The translations under genes were made by a program, and so were the position numbers. Source: Bigelowiella natans CCMP2755 (lineage: Eukaryota; Protista; Cercozoa). From it: a stretch of DNA of 40,699 bases. Numbering within the stretch: the first letter of the stretch is position 1; every line of letters begins with the position of its first letter. Location: positions 1-40,699 of the forward strand of contig ADNK01001564.1 of assembly GCA_000320545.1 (NCBI GenBank). Direction: 5' to 3'. Positions 25,521-37,624 of the stretch are shown here, in pieces. The notes under the pieces are model-generated. The model saw nothing but the letters and a program-made list of their open reading frames with translations, was not told where the DNA came from and ran no database searches.

Positions 25521-26899
25521 ATGTGCAAGAAGAATGCAAACAACGGCAGAGACGTGATGAAGAAGGGGGGGGAGGGGGGATGACAGTGTGGCGTATCAAA
25601 ACAGATTTCAACACATGCGAGAATGAAGAGCTGTGGAGAGTGGTAGTGAGGAGGACGGAGGAGGGGGAGGAGGAGGCGGGGGGGGGAGGAAGAGGAAGAG
25701 AAGAAGATTCAAACTGGGTTTAGCAAGTTGCCAATAGCACACGCTTATCATGGTGATAATGAGGCCACGAGGGGTGTAGAGGAGGAAAGATGAAATCAGC
25801 TTTGTACGTTAGCCATTGCGAATCACGGGCAGTGCCTCCTTCAACCTTCTTCTCCTCCTTCCCCCCCCCGTTTTCAACGTCGCCGTCAGCGACAGCGGTC
25901 TTCTGATCCTCCCCTCCCTTTGCTTCATCCGAGGAAGGATTAGGTGGGGGGGGCGAGGGAAGCGGCAGGGAGATACTCTCCATTGATTTGAGAAAGGGGT
26001 AACTAATTCCGACTGATTAAGAAGCGGCGAAGAATGGTTATATTTATTAAATTCGGAGGCTCGATGAGTAGATACAATCTCTTCGTATTGTCATTCGCCT
26101 CGTAATAATGCATAGAATATAAATATATATATATATATATAAATATATTCTATATCTTATTCGGAAAAATCGTCATTCGTTGCTATTCTCACCCAGTGTC
26201 GCGCCTATGTAGGTGCTGCAGAAGGGAATGAGGAAGAAGAACAAGCACGCTACAAAAGCGAGGTTGAAGACCGATCCCAGAATGACTGAGGAAATCGAGC
26301 AGCAAGCAAGCCACGAATAATACCGTATAGCGACACATCAGTTGAACGTACAATGCTGTATATTTTTATGGCTAGGCATTATAGATTGACATTGTCTCGT
26401 CATTTTATTCCTCATTGATTGGGATTCTATGGTCAGGGGCAAATGTGTCCCATATAATGTGGCGCTGCGTGGCAGGGAAGGTTCGCGTTTTGTCATTAGC
26501 AGCAGCAAGCATGAATATGTCATGTTCCCTTACGCTTGAGAGTGACTTTGCTTTTGACCCAACTGGACGCTCTGTAAATCCAAGGCAGCACGTATCTACG
26601 AATATATGTGCAATGAAGATGACGTCATTTCATGATGAAGTCTCGATAGGCTATGGCTACATACTTCTTCTTATTGCTAATTTTGCTCTCCTCTTCCCGC
26701 CTTCTCCCTGGGTAACTGCTGCTTACGGTTTCAGGAAGAGCTTTGAGATGACGAGGCAGCCATCGAGTCCAGGCAAGTATAGCCATACGTACACACTTCC
26801 CTGATTTCGGAATATATATATACACCAAGTAACAACCAAACTTAGAAGTAGGCATTCGTCGTCTATCACACGTGCGTGCATGTATACGCATATTTATGT

Positions 26900-26950
<51 letters not shown>

Positions 26951-27398
26951 CGCGCGCGTGCCATCTACATAAAACATATAGACAAAATCAGATGCAGGCA
27001 TTATACACGCATGTACGGAGTAGGAACCTGGACTGCATACCACAGCCATGTATCTTCAAATAGAATTTCTTCAAATATGATCGTCAAAACTGTGAAAAGT
27101 AAGATATCCGTCACAATACGAAATCACTAATTCAAAGCTCTGGTGCAGGCAGGCTAATCAGCATTTCTTCTGATTTGGAGAGGATGCTCAACCGTTCATT
27201 CATAGGGAATGGTTATCATTGAATGTAGTATTCGAAAATGTCGGTGTTATACAAGTGTAGGTGGCATAAACAGCCCAGTATGTGAGCCAGTAACGATCGT
27301 CGTCGGTGTCCAGGGTAACGAGCGCCTACATGTTTAAAGAAGCAAACGAACAGGCACACACAACGAATACACACATACACACACACACACACACACAA

Positions 27399-27444
<46 letters not shown>

Positions 27445-27917
27445 GAGAGAGGAAGAGAGAGGGAAGGTAATTATTGTCAGCCATCAAAGTAGGACTCATC
27501 ATTGTTATCCCTTGTTCATTGCTACTGTTCTTCTTAATACGTACATTAAGGCTCAGGAGCATGGGCACAGAGATTCCAAGTATCGTGACGTACAACTTGG
27601 TCATATTCACCCCAGCAATTAACATGCCAAAGTACGTCTGAACACACATTATGGATAAAGAATTGCCAGTTATCGAAAACTAGAGGTTGGCACAAATTAT
27701 GTACCTCGGAATTCGCATTCGTATCCACGTAGAGCGTCTTGATAATGAAGATTATGACGACGCACAACACAGCGTATGACCCATGGCACAAAACGGCCTT
27801 GACAAGGCTAAACATATCTTTCACTTTCTCAATGTTGCTTAAGCTCTGCTTATCATCTTTCGCATCCGACTCCTCCCCCTGTGCAAGCGATTGATAGTCG
27901 GTCGTCGAGTTCGCCAT
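24109..27917 (-). CDS. TB2/DP1/HVA22 (REEP/Yop1) family membrane protein with two tandem HVA22 domains; 3' end uncertain
   Basis: Domain 1: LDTDDDRYWLTYWAVYA...VYVWLYLPGLDG...FLKP. Domain 2: VGISYPFLKSMESI...DSQWLTYWVVFA...WYKIALPFIVWLQIPFFHGAEYIF. Confidence 0.8.
26897..26960. repeat. (TG)n-(CG)n intronic microsatellite
   Basis: Directly visible alternating purine-pyrimidine tract. Confidence 0.9.
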
Positions 27918-27980
27918 TTTCGGATTAGATCTGGACGCAAGGTGCAATTGCTGAAGAGGATTTCGTGATTGATTTTGAAG

Positions 27981-28331
27981 TTGCGACAAATAAATTCAGT
28001 CGAAAATTGGACAAAATGCCATCGAATTGCTCGGTACTCGCACCAGTAACATTAAACAGCACCTGTAAGTGTTTTCGGTGATTTCGAGTGTATCGGTTGA
28101 ACATTTCCATGCATGGATTTTTATGTTATTAGATCTAGATCTAGATAGATCTAGATCTAGATCTAGATCTACTCTGACTTTCGTGCCGTTTCTAGAGGCT
28201 GTTGTAGAAGAAAAACAAGTGTCGTTGTAGCACTACGACATGGCTTTACTGCCCCTTTCAAGTAGTAACAGCTCGGTCGAAAGGTGAATTATTCAATTTT
28301 TCGTTGAGACAAGGTTTCACCCTTGTCGCAG
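27981..28331. promoter_or_regulatory. Divergent promoter region HVA22/PH-PDZ gene with TGTCGCA motifs (27981 minus, 28324 plus)
   Basis: Motif orientation matches the direction of each flanking gene. Confidence 0.55.
28130..28171. repeat. Palindromic (AGATCT)n tandem repeat in a divergent intergenic region
   Basis: TAGATCTAGATCTAGATAGATCTAGATCTAGATCTAGATCTA. Confidence 0.9.
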
Positions 28332-28649
28332 GGGATGTGTCATCAGGTAAACTCTCCTTTGATTCACTATTCTCGGAGGTTTCGACGAGAAAAAATTGAA
28401 AAGAAAAGTGAAGTTGCAACTGTGCTATTCGTGCCGTTATCTGCACGGAATACATTTCCCTTTGATACTGATGTTTTCAACTGGGACAAATTTGTAGGAT
28501 GTTTTCCGGTGTAGACATTTCATTTTCTATTTGGAACCGGTGCATGAGGGCCTCGATCGTCAGATTCCCCTCCCTCATTCACACCCGAGCTTCAAGATGA
28601 ATCATAGAAATTGCGACGATTTGGCACGAATGCTGGAGAGGGGGTGTGA

Positions 28650-28897
28650 ATGAAAAAGCGGGCATCACCGAGATCGCCTAGTAGGCGTGAAAATGCTTAC
28701 AAGAAAGCTGAAGGATCGAGGCCTTCCCCGACACAGGGAAGAGCTGCTTTCACTCTCTCAAAAACCCATCTACTTTCAAGTGGCCTTCTCGAGGTTAGGG
28801 CACTCAATAGTCTTTAGTTTTGTCATCCATCATTTGGAGCGGCATTTTATATGTATATAAATGTCTCAAGCAGGCGCATATGGAGATATACGAGGTG

Positions 28898-28933
<36 letters not shown>

Positions 28934-29466
28934 GTGCACCTGTATTTATGCTCTTTGTTGTTTATGTATTTGCGGGCGGCTGTACACAACTCTATCTTCA
29001 TTATGGGTGATGGCGCTTCAGGTCGATGATATGATGGAATATGCTGAAGTAAAAATAAAGAAACCAAAGAGTTACTATTCACCCAAAGCGTGGGTCGGGA
29101 TTCCAACCAACAAGAGAAAGTCCAAGTTGCTCCTCTTAAGGGCCTCAACAAACACTTTCATGGTGTTTCACGATCTTGAGACCATGGGCGAGTATCTGAA
29201 GGACGTCGGAACAGGTTCTCCAGAATATGAATATTACAGGAGCGACGTAAGAGCTGTCAAGGATGAGGGGAAAGCAACAATCCTGCTAACGTTCGCGGAC
29301 CCCGAGATATACCCGATGAAGATCACATTTCTCATCGGATCCGAGAAGCACTCCTGGATGTGGGCGCTGAGGAAATGGGCGGACGGGGTGGATGATCGAG
29401 AAACAAGTAACACTTCCTAATCTTCTTTTACAAGGCTAAAAATAAATATGTCCTAATGCCAAATCG

Positions 29467-29504
<38 letters not shown>

Positions 29505-29508
29505 TCTC

Positions 29509-29539
<31 letters not shown>

Positions 29540-30962
29540 TGTATGTGTGTGTAGAAGATTTGAATTTGCCGATTGTGAAAGACGGTTATCGAACAATGAT
29601 GTACGACGAGTCGCCCTTCGGCCTAACGCTAAACAAAGACTGTGTCGTGGAAGAGGTGGGTTAGCGACCATTGCCACTTAGGGGCCATATGCTCATAGAA
29701 TAACAACCGCAACATCGATATCAACTACTTGTGGACATCTACGAGATTTCGCCTCGCAACACATCTCATTGAGAGAGAGAAAGTTTATGGCACAAAGCGC
29801 CGGCATTCTGAGAGGGGCAATCACAACTACCGTGTGTAATTGTAATCAATCATCCCGGATTTCAATCAATCCTGAGAGGATCATGCCGTAGTGTGTACCA
29901 GCAACGATTCAGTAGGGGTTTATGGCAATTATCACGCAGGTTGTTGGCCGCGCTAAGGAGCAGGGCGTTCTTGTCGGCGATAAAGTCGTAGAGGTAGGAG
30001 GAGGAGGTCTCATATTCACAAGATGATGCAACCACTCTCAGCCCTCACTCGAGCTGGTTGCGTCCGTCCGCACGCCGTGTGGGGAACGTGCGCGCGCCTT
30101 ACTCATGCTGCAGATGCATCTATACTGATTGCTGCATTGTCGCCGAGCAGGTGAGCGGAACTGCGGTGAAGGATGAGGAAAGTCTTTACAACATTGTAAA
30201 GGACCTCGAATTTCCATTCATCATCAAATTTCAAACCACGGTAGTAACGATGGTAGTAGGATAGAAGTAAGAGTGATAGAAGAAGAAAAAGAAGAAGAGC
30301 AGGAGGAGTAGGAGGAGGAGAGAAGGAGAAAAATATCACAAGGGGAAAAACCTGTGAAATAATGCTTTCCTCTCCCCCACCACTTTCTTCTGGTCCGCAT
30401 AAGTGCAAAAACGGCCGCATCCTGACGTTGTACATCTATGATTGTAAAGGGAGGCGAAAAGCAGGCCGAGACAGCTGAATCGAAGAAGGAAGAAGGAGAG
30501 GTGTCAAAGCAGCACCTACCAGCACAGAGCAGTAGCCAGGAAAGGCCTATCGACGGAGAAACAGCAGAGGACGCTAATGCCGCTGCTGCTACCTCAAGCA
30601 GCGAAACTGTCCAAGTAAAGGGTAAAGAAGGGGGAGTCATTGCTGGGGCTGAAAGGAAGGGGAATCGTGCAAGCTCCGGTCGCCTTAACGCCGTTGCGGA
30701 AGAGGCCGACAGCGCTGTGCCTGCCCCAAAGCAGACACAAGCAGAACAAAAGGCAAAGCCGATTGCCGTCGAGGAAGAAGCGAAGGGCGATGCGAGGGGG
30801 GTGGGGGCCAAGGGGGTGGGTCGTAATAAGGCGTCGCTTCGGATCGAGGTGCCACAACATCGAGACAGCAGTCCTGGTTTCTCATCGGTAGTAATGAATA
30901 CATTGTATATGCCGATTCTGTGCAGGATCAAGTGACCAGTAGTTTGCTTGCCGTTATCGTCG

Positions 30963-31007
<45 letters not shown>

Positions 31008-31318
31008 CGAATGATGATGTGACCTCTGATCAGCATCAGAAGCGAGGGAGAACGATCGATTCTTGCCGCGCAATACCGGACGAAGACCGTTCCCAACCCG
31101 GATCTGCAAAAGAGTCTCTCTTACCAACCGCGCCTGGTATTATTACTATAAATAACTGACAGCTGTTTCTACATCCACGGTGCGACTCCGTGGTAACAAG
31201 TCGGAGGAGATAGTTGCAAGAGTGCCTAGTGAAGAAGAAAGATTAAATTTGATAATGCCTCATCTGCCAACCAAACGACATGAGCGAGCAAATCGTGTTT
31301 AGATTCCCTCTTTTATTG

Positions 31319-31354
<36 letters not shown>

Positions 31355-32306
31355 ATATGTACATGCGTGTGCAATCTTCTACTCAAACAAATTGTACAAA
31401 CAAAATCGCACGCACACACTCATACACCACACACACACACACACACACACATACACACATACACACACTCATACACTACATTCCACGTGCACAAGCATTT
31501 CAGTCAATCGCACTACACCATTATCAACAGGGGAAGAGAGCAGTAGCAGCACGATGCCAACGCGTAAGAGTAGCAGCAGCAGCAACAACAACAACAACAT
31601 CAGAGGCAAGGAACACCTGCCTGGTCATCTACACAATCGGCACCTCAATGCAAGCTGGCATTCCAACCCAAGCTTCGGCCCTTTGGACGATGATGATAAC
31701 GATCATCATCACCATGCTATCCACGGGAAGCGGCGCAGCAGCATCAACATCGAAGACGCTGCTTCTACTGAGGCCGTAGCACCAGGGCCAAGTAAACCGT
31801 CTTTTTTTTTTTTTTTTATGCGACAAGGCCGAATCGCAGAGTGGGGATGATGATGATGATGATGATGATGATGGCTTGATTCTCACTCGATTTAGCTACT
31901 GCCGTTTCAGCATTTCCATGTCGCAGAGTCTTGCGTCCCCCCTCCCCCCCTTCCAACCCACTTCTTTATATGCACACGCGCGCGCGCACACATAATACCA
32001 ATACGCTCGCCCTCCATACGCCAAAGCTTCGATACGTAAAAATATAGGTCATTAGTAGTATGAGATCCCTCTGATTTCTCGGTTTGCGGCTGATGTTATG
32101 GCTTACGACTACAGAGAACACAGATACACTCTTAACGACGCCGAACCCCGTGAATAAAGGCGAAGAGCAGCACGTCATCTATAGGGACAGGGACCTGTTC
32201 ATATCCTCCAGCAGCGCCAAGGTGGTTGCGATAACCATACATGCACCGTCATTCGTTTCTTGGGCGATGTTTGATCAGATAGATATCCTTTTTCCGACTA
32301 TTATTT

Positions 32307-32348
<42 letters not shown>

Positions 32349-32435
32349 ATACAGACGCGCGCGCGCGCGCGCACACGCACACATATACTCATAAACATAC
32401 CTCTATACCTAGCCCCCTCTCTCCTCTCCCATTGT

Positions 32436-32486
<51 letters not shown>

Positions 32487-34137
32487 CATATTATATTCAT
32501 GTTCATGGGCTATTGCGACTTTAGAAGGGTCGGAGCCAAAGCATCGCCACCGATAATGACCCCCTCTCCTCCTCCTCCTCCTCCTCCTTCCCACTGAAGA
32601 TGGACTCTGTCAAAGTTGGTTCTCCCCAAGATTTCCAGGTGTGTGTGCGTGTGTATGTGTGTGTGTGTGTGTGTAAATCTGAGCGACATATTTTCTTTTA
32701 AAGAACTCAAAGAAGAGTTGTTTTCTCATGTTCGTGTTGTGCTGTCAACCCCGGCGCCGACGTGCCTCATATCCGCCTTCCCCCCCCCCCCCCCCTCTCT
32801 TGTGTGTTTCCCCGTGGTAGGTGAGGGTTGAGGTGGCACGCGAAGAGTCGGGGGGCAGTGGAAACAATCCCAATCCCCAAAACAAGGAAGGGGGACTGGG
32901 AGAAGTTCATCGAGGTACTCAGTGAGGTGCGAGGAGCGAGAGGGGGGGGGGGGGGGATTTTATCGTAGAAAGACAGGGCATTAGGTGGGAATGGTTGTAG
33001 CAGCATGAAATTGCCGCTTTTCATAAGCCAGAGCGTGCCATTGACATTGTACAGATTTACATATCATCAAATCTGCACCATCATGCCCCCTCCCCCCTTC
33101 TCTTTAGCTGCTACTGCACGCCATCGAGCGCCACCAGGGCCCAACAGTGATCGAAAGCACTTCCGCGCAGAGGATAAGACCGAGCAGACGGGGGGCGGTG
33201 GAAACAACTGTAACATGCCACTACCGCATACCTTCAGTCTCGCGACCAGCTTCATCGAAGAATCAGGGGGTCGGGACAATGTGAGCGACTTTGACGATGA
33301 CGAGGAGGAAGAGGAGGGGCTGGAGGGTTCGGCTACATTTTGGAAGGGAAAACTCCTCGAGTAATAATATTTTATGACTCGACTCAATTTCGCAATTTTG
33401 CTTGAATGAAATTGGCGACGATTATGATGATGATGATGATGATGATGATGATGGTGATAATGATGAGGAGGAGGAGGAGGATGATGATGCGCTAGGATCT
33501 TTGGCTTTACGTTTCATTCATGTTGTTCTCTCGCGTGCGAGAAGGCTACACGGTGGTTTGATTTCCTCCCTCTGACGTGGAATTGCTACTGCTCGACTGT
33601 CTTCTTACAGGTACCGCAGACGGTTTCGGAAGTTGTGGGCCTTGCATGCTCACATGAGGACCGTCAACGAGAAGCTGATCCAAGCGACTCTCACCAAATC
33701 ACCGATGGCTGATAAGAAGACACATCCAAGTCAGATGAAGAAGAAAAAGGGGGGGAGGGAGGGGGGAAGGGGGGGGGGCTCACCATACAACCCATGCTGC
33801 CTTCTAACGACAACAAAATAAGAAACACTGCCCTTCTTCTCCATCATCTTCTTCTTCTTCTTCTTCAGGTATTCTGGCAGTAGAGAACATGGTTCAAATC
33901 CAGCACTTGAAAGAAGATTTGGTAAAGGCGAGGCGCGAGACAGAGCAAGCGGTGAAAGATCGCGATGGCCTCCAGCGTGCGTTCGAAGCTGTGAAGCAGG
34001 CTCAGGCTACGAACCTTGATGATGTGCGGCGGCGTCTGGAGACGTCTCAGAACGAGTGCGTATTGAAGGAAACCATCATGATAATAATAATGATAATAGT
34101 AATAATAACAATGATAAAAATACTACTAAAAATGATG

Positions 34138-34170
<33 letters not shown>

Positions 34171-34750
34171 GCGATTAGTACACGTTGACTCGCTCATCAC
34201 CATCCTCTCCAGTAGTCTATTGAGTAGCGGTCATAGAATAGGGAAATGGCCTCTATTCCTTCCTCCTCCTCCTCCTTCTCCTGTGACCATCCACCACTGC
34301 GGCGCCTCTACTGCATACCCTAGTATCTTCACCCCCTTCCATTGCAGCAGCCCTGGCAATATTGACGCCGCTCTCCCCTTGCCCCTCCTTTCATCAGGTC
34401 CAATATGAAGGAGATATCCATGCTCAGAAACCACGTCATAGAGGTCGCGGAGCGAGTCATTCGTGCTGAGCAGAAGGAGCAAGACTCGCGGAACGCCTCC
34501 TTGGCCCTCGAGCAGCAGCTCGAAGCTGTCCGGACAGACGCGGAGCACTACAAACAGCAGATGGATCTTGCCAACGAGCGTGCGGAGTCGATGCAAAAAA
34601 CACAAATTGCTGACAAGGTGCTCTGCCTCTCTCTCTCACTCACTCACTCACTCACTCACACACTCACACACTCACACACTCACACACTCACATAGGAAGA
34701 GTGGGGAGGGGAATAGTCTCTCTCATCTGATAAAATCCATATTATAAAAA

Positions 34751-34793
<43 letters not shown>

Positions 34794-35445
34794 CATATAT
34801 TTCCTTTGACCCAAGAACGCGTCTATTTTTGGTTCTTTGGTTCTTCCTGGAACAGGAGCGCATCGAAGAACTGAAGGAAAAATTCGAGTCGCTCGGCAGC
34901 GCCTGGCGGTCCAAGGCGATAGAGCTTCGCACCTCTGAAGCTAAAAGGGTGGAGCTCCAACTGAAACTCGATAAAACCTCTCGAAGCTGCCTCGAGGCGA
35001 CCGAGCGAGCTGCAGCAGCAGAGGCTAAGCTAGAAATAGCGCAGAGGGAGATGGTGAGGAAGGATAAGCTGATCGAGGGACTCAGGAAGAAAGATCGGTC
35101 AAAAGACCTCCATGACGTGAGCGAGAAGGCTGCCATCGCCTCCGAGATGATCCAGGCGTGCATGACGAATATGAACTCGCTTCAGCAATACAACTCCGAG
35201 CTGACTCACGAATTGGAGGGACTCAAAGCCTCCGTGGCGCAGGATCGAGACCTTCTGAATGACAACCCGCAGGTATTGGCATCCTCTGCCGCGCGGGGGG
35301 GCCAAAGAAGCTTTTATTGCGTGTGCGTACATGCTGCTCTCTGTGAATTGATTCGGATGAGTACGAGTTGTGCTGATTCACTTCTCCACTCTAAACATAA
35401 TTTCATCAGGGGGCGAAGCTGACAAAGATGACAGAGCGCCTTTGA
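28650..35445 (+). CDS. Multi-exon protein with PH-like domain, PDZ domain, low-complexity middle and C-terminal coiled coil
   Basis: PH-like exon at ~29022-29405 ends [16 protein letters not shown]-like exons give [40 protein letters not shown]...LEFPFIIKF. Heptad-rich exons lie at ~33870-35272. Stop TGA at 35443-35445. The middle exons are less certain. Confidence 0.7.
34078..34170. repeat. (ATA)n intronic trinucleotide repeat
   Basis: Directly visible. Confidence 0.9.
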
Positions 35446-35514
35446 TAGAAGTGGAGGCCTGTAGCTTGTCTCGTCGCATCTGTGGTATTAATTGCGCGCT
35501 TTAATTCCATAGAA

Positions 35515-35870
35515 CGTTTTCCTAGAGGAAACAATGCAACAATGATCTAGGCGATCGAGAACATTATAACGATGCAATCGAACAAGCGTCATGTAGCCGC
35601 TAGCATGCACAAGCTCTAGAGCCGTACCGTCGTCCGTGCGATATGCCACACTAACTGCTAGACTGTCGCTCCATAGCACTCTATATTATCTATCACTGGC
35701 TACATGCTAGCATGTGTAGACGCACGCTGCCGCGTGCACCTCCATGGATGTCAGTTGGATGCGCATTGCTAGATTGTCGATCGCGTGTGCGCTCGCACAT
35801 GCTAGCATGCATGTGCTACTAGCTAGCTAGCTAGACTAATCAGATCGGAGTCGCTAGTCAAAACATCAAA
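35515..35870. repeat. CTAG-dense intergenic tract between convergent PH-PDZ gene and secreted-protein gene
   Basis: About 13 CTAG in ~350 bp, including CTAGCTAGCTAGCTAG. Confidence 0.8.
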
Positions 35871-36588
35871 ACACACACAGTTGACAAATGCCAATAAGTG
35901 ATCGTTGTCAACTATTTTTGTGTCTGCATATGTAGTGCTGCAAGTGACAATGCCGCCTCTTCTGTCGTTAATGTCCTAACACACTGTAGCAGACAATGCA
36001 CGAATGTTGCATGTGCATGTATGTATATGCATATTGTCATTCGTTTCCATCTAGTTAGCTTGTCGCGAGTTTTAAATTGTTATTAGTCTGATCATCGTAT
36101 GATCATTAATTCGTACGTACATGATAAGGAAGACAAATGAACGCATTCGCTCCCTTGCACGGCACGTTGCGGACCTGCTCTAGCTGCTGTTCCGCACCAG
36201 TCGTCGATACATATTGTGTAAACAGTAATGCCTTTGCTCTTGCAAACGCATGGGACACATGACAGCTGAAAGGCACAGGCATAACGTATATAAGCGATGA
36301 ACGCTGTCCCCGCCACTGAACTACAGCATTAATACATGTATTAGGATGACCATTGACGTGAAATTTGTTCATTTGTTACATTCATGCATCCGTTCAACAT
36401 AGAAGTCTATGAGAGCGACAGTAGGCGTGTTGGGGAGGACCCAACCGGGAAGAATTTCGGCGAAAGGCGACACAGTAACTGCTACGCTGTACATTGCATG
36501 TAACAGATACCGTGTGCGTTTACATTGCCGCGTGTCGCGTGCTGAAACGTGTTGGCCGGCAATCGTCCGCCGGGTACTAGAGGAGCAA

Positions 36589-37443
36589 CTACTTCAGCAA
36601 GCAATTAGAATAGGATTCATGCCAAAGTTGTGTTATCTCCTTGCCAGGCATTCCCTCATCGGTCGGTGACTTGGAAGTGGAAGCCTTGTCCCCAAGAAGC
36701 ACGTGATACACGCACTTTATGTAGCAATCGGAGCCGATGTCGGTCGGTTGAGGGCATCCGCCGAAGCACGAAGGGTCTTTTTGGCCCAAAGCGGCAAGAA
36801 AGAGCTCCTTCTGGCAGGTGGCATTCGCCACCCCCTGCGTCTCAACCAGCCTCCAGCTCTTGTTCTCGCCCTTACGAAACGGCGTGTACCAGAACCCCCC
36901 AAGTTTAGCCGCGAGATTGGCCTGCCAGAAGAAGTAGGGGTGCGTTCCAGGAGATGGAAATGGGTGAGTCGCTGCGACATCGCGGTACCCCACGCGGTCC
37001 TCCTCACATGGTTCAAATCCCCCCGGTAGTCTACACAAACACACATATTCCCCATTCGTGCAGTTGAGAGGATGCGGTACGAACTGAGTGCCCGGGTAAG
37101 TGCCATTGGTGCATATGTCGCAATAGCCATACGGTCCAAAGTCGGTGGATGCTTCTAAAATGACCCGGGACACGATCAAGTTGTCAGAAACCACCTCTGG
37201 GTTCGAGCACAGAGCCTGTCCTTGTTGCGTTTTCCCCTCGTCTCTACAAAACATTGGAAGGCCAAGATTCCTTGCTGTGAAGAAAGCGTCACCTGGTTCA
37301 TCGCCCAAATCCATGTCCGCAACACCGCTATAATTTGCAGGGTTAACGTGGTAAAGCGTGATGTTGATCCTCGCCCCCAGGAGAGGCTGTGACAACAACA
37401 CCAGTCCCAATGGCAACATGGAAAACCCTTTCCCAGTGTTCAT
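36589..37443 (-). CDS. Intronless secreted cysteine-rich protein of unknown function
   Basis: Continuous ORF starting at ATG 37443 or 37419. Signal peptide MLPLGLVLLSQPLLGA, many Cys residues and several N-x-S/T sequons. Confidence 0.8.
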   Translation of the reverse strand: MNTGKGFSMLPLGLVLLSQPLLGARINITLYHVNPANYSGVADMDLGDEPGDAFFTARNLGLPMFCRDEGKTQQGQALCSNPEVVSDNLIVSRVILEASTDFGPYGYCDICTNGTYPGTQFVPHPLNCTNGEYVCLCRLPGGFEPCEEDRVGYRDVAATHPFPSPGTHPYFFWQANLAAKLGGFWYTPFRKGENKSWRLVETQGVANATCQKELFLAALGQKDPSCFGGCPQPTDIGSDCYIKCVYHVLLGDKASTSKSPTDEGMPGKEITQLWHESYSNCLLK

Positions 37444-37593
37444 TTCGCACTGAATGCTGTGTGCCGTACCCCAGGACAGTCGGTAGAAAGTGAGAACTGT
37501 GCCTCGTTTCTTTTTGGGCAAGGGGGTGCAGAACGCAGAATTCTGATTCTCACAGAAAAAAAGTTTCCATCGCAAAATTTCCCCAAAAAAAAT

Positions 37594-37601
37594 CTGCGAC
37601 A
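37594..37601 (-). promoter_or_regulatory. Candidate promoter motif TGTCGCAG upstream of the secreted-protein gene
   Basis: CTGCGACA on the plus strand, ~150 bp upstream of ATG 37443. Confidence 0.5.
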
Positions 37602-37624
37602 TCATCAACCAACTAATCTAACTA

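Noticed and set aside
30224-30931. 235-aa minus-strand ORF
   Set aside because: Antisense shadow of a GC-rich plus-strand exon of the PH-PDZ gene.
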